Below are positions 46,561 through 47,961 of a stretch of 47,961 bases of DNA, piece by piece. Under the pieces are notes generated by a model. The model was given only the letters and a program-made list of their open reading frames with translations, was not told where the DNA came from and did not search any database. Every line of letters starts with the position of its first letter. Within the stretch, counting starts at the first letter, position 1. Both the position numbers and the translations under genes were made by a program. Source of the DNA: an uncultured Methanosarcinales archaeon (lineage in GTDB: Archaea > Nanobdellota > Nanobdellia > Woesearchaeales > CAZKBD01); the NCBI GenBank assembly GCA_964550945.1, contig CAZKBD010000005.1, forward strand, positions 1 to 47,961, in the 5' to 3' direction.

Positions 46561-47502
46561 ATGCCTAGTAAATTTTTAACGATTTTTGGACTATTATTGA
46601 TGATGTGCATAGTTGTAAATGCGCAAGAAAACCCCAGTTTTGATAATGAGATTATTAATGAAACTCCTGGTCTTAACGAAACACAGAATCAGACAGGGGT
46701 AGTTCCATCTGGACTCATTGGTTTTCAGCTAGCAGGCATAGAGCCAAAAGAAGCAAATCCAGGAGATGTTGTAGTTACAATTAATGTTGTTAATACTGGC
46801 ACAGTTGCTTTAAATAATCTTATGCCTGTTGTTGTTGGCAGAGGATTCTCAGCATACAATATTGTTCCAATAGCTTTACTAAACCCTAATCAGACAGCTC
46901 CTGCTTATATAGAAGGCAAATTCCGAGAAAAAGGAGAAATATTGCTTGCAATCAAGATAAGTGACAAGGTTTTCTATGAGAAGGTTTCAATAAAAGCTGA
47001 ACCATATTTTGTAAATGAAACAAAGCTAAAGGAGATGGAAGAAGCAAGACAGGATGAATTGATCGATCTTTCAGCTAAGCTTGATGACTTAAAAGCAAAA
47101 TACATATCTCTAGAAACCGACTTACAGAATAAAGAGGGCGATTATGATGTTTCAAGAGTTAAGCTAGATGAACTAAAGGGTTATTTGAGAACTTCAGAAT
47201 CCAGCTTGCTTAGCGGAGATGCTGAAAAGACCAAGATAAACATTGCCTTGGCGAATAATGAATATGTTGACCAGAAGCGCCTTATTGACGAATCTAAGAA
47301 AAAGCCTTTTATGCAAAAAATAAAAGATAATATCATTGTTATATCGTCAATTGCGGGTGCAATAATCACTTTATTTGCCTTATATGAGCTTCTCAAGAAG
47401 AAGAAAGAAGGGCTTTACCAGAAGATCAAGGAAATAAAGATCAATAAAGATACAACGATTGTTGTCCAGAAGAAAAAGAAAGGCAAGGGAGATAAAAAAT
47501 AG
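46561..47502 (+). CDS. secreted/membrane-anchored protein (Ig-like domain, coiled coil, TM)
   Basis: Signal peptide; V.NTG motif; C-terminal TM and Lys-rich tail. Confidence 0.7.
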   Translation: MPSKFLTIFGLLLMMCIVVNAQENPSFDNEIINETPGLNETQNQTGVVPSGLIGFQLAGIEPKEANPGDVVVTINVVNTGTVALNNLMPVVVGRGFSAYNIVPIALLNPNQTAPAYIEGKFREKGEILLAIKISDKVFYEKVSIKAEPYFVNETKLKEMEEARQDELIDLSAKLDDLKAKYISLETDLQNKEGDYDVSRVKLDELKGYLRTSESSLLSGDAEKTKINIALANNEYVDQKRLIDESKKKPFMQKIKDNIIVISSIAGAIITLFALYELLKKKKEGLYQKIKEIKINKDTTIVVQKKKKGKGDKK

Positions 47503-47524
47503 GATTTCTTGAAAGAAAATTGAA

Positions 47525-47685
47525 TGCGGAGGAGAGGATTCGAACCCCTGTAGGCACTAAGCCAATAGGTGTCTTGCAATCACAGCTGGAATCAGCTCAT
47601 CACACCTGTGAACGACCTAAGCTTGGACTGATTCCACCAAATCATTGGAATCCTCTATCCCGTTTGGCCGCTCCGGCACCTCCGC
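47525..47685 (-). tRNA. tRNA-Leu(TAG) with two introns (30/31 47623-47654, 37/38 47571-47615)
   Basis: Acceptor GCGGAGG/CCTCCGC+A; spliced arm ATAGG-CT-TAG-GA-CCTAT; long variable arm. Confidence 0.85.
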
Positions 47686-47710
47686 ATATAAGCTGCAAAA
47701 TATTGGAATG

Positions 47711-47867
47711 TGTCAAAAACCACCAATCAAAAATGGGTGGCATGATTGTTACGGTCGCAACAACTGTAAGTGGTTTTTGATGCTCAGAATTCCACCAGTA
47801 ATGTGGCGGTTTTTGAGCACACAGAATTCCACTTAACCATCCATCTCAGATTGGTGGAATTCTGTTG
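47711..47867 (-). repeat. dispersed ~157-bp palindromic element, copy C
   Basis: Homolog of copies A and B; lies between a BRE-TATA (47868-47882) and tRNA-Leu. Confidence 0.9.
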
Positions 47868-47961
47868 TTTAAAAAGGTTTTCTTTTTGATTTAGGATATA
47901 AATTGGGTGGATTTTGGGACAGGATTGATTTGTTATAATCTAAGCAAATTGTGCCATATTG

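Noticed and set aside
47520..47836. ORFs 47520..47780 and 47645..47836
   Set aside because: Antisense to tRNA-Leu and overlapping repeat copy C

Overview
AT-rich archaeal window, most consistent with a DPANN (Woesearchaeota-like) genome. This is inferred from BRE/TATA promoters about 25-30 nt before mostly leaderless starts, aIF-1A, an Fcf1-type PIN protein and BHB-type tRNA introns. It holds six tRNA genes (Ser-GCT, Ala-GGC, Met-CAT, Ser-CGA, Lys-CTT, Leu-TAG), all interrupted, with 11 introns in total. Protein genes include at least five toxin-antitoxin-type modules, scattered lysine (DAP) biosynthesis genes, ribA, lspA and a 12-kb, ten-gene sugar isomerase/epimerase/kinase operon. The most notable unexplained structures are four. 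(1) A LAGLIDADG endonuclease gene sits between a truncated 5' tRNA-Lys copy and a complete tRNA-Lys, and supplies a replacement promoter in its own last codons. (2) A ~150-bp non-coding element occurs three times with compensatory base changes, each copy directly after TTTAAA/TTAAAA. (3) The tRNA-Met intron has a box D whose guide points exactly at C34 of its host tRNA. (4) The divergent sugar operon. All protein calls come from motif recognition by eye; no searches were run.
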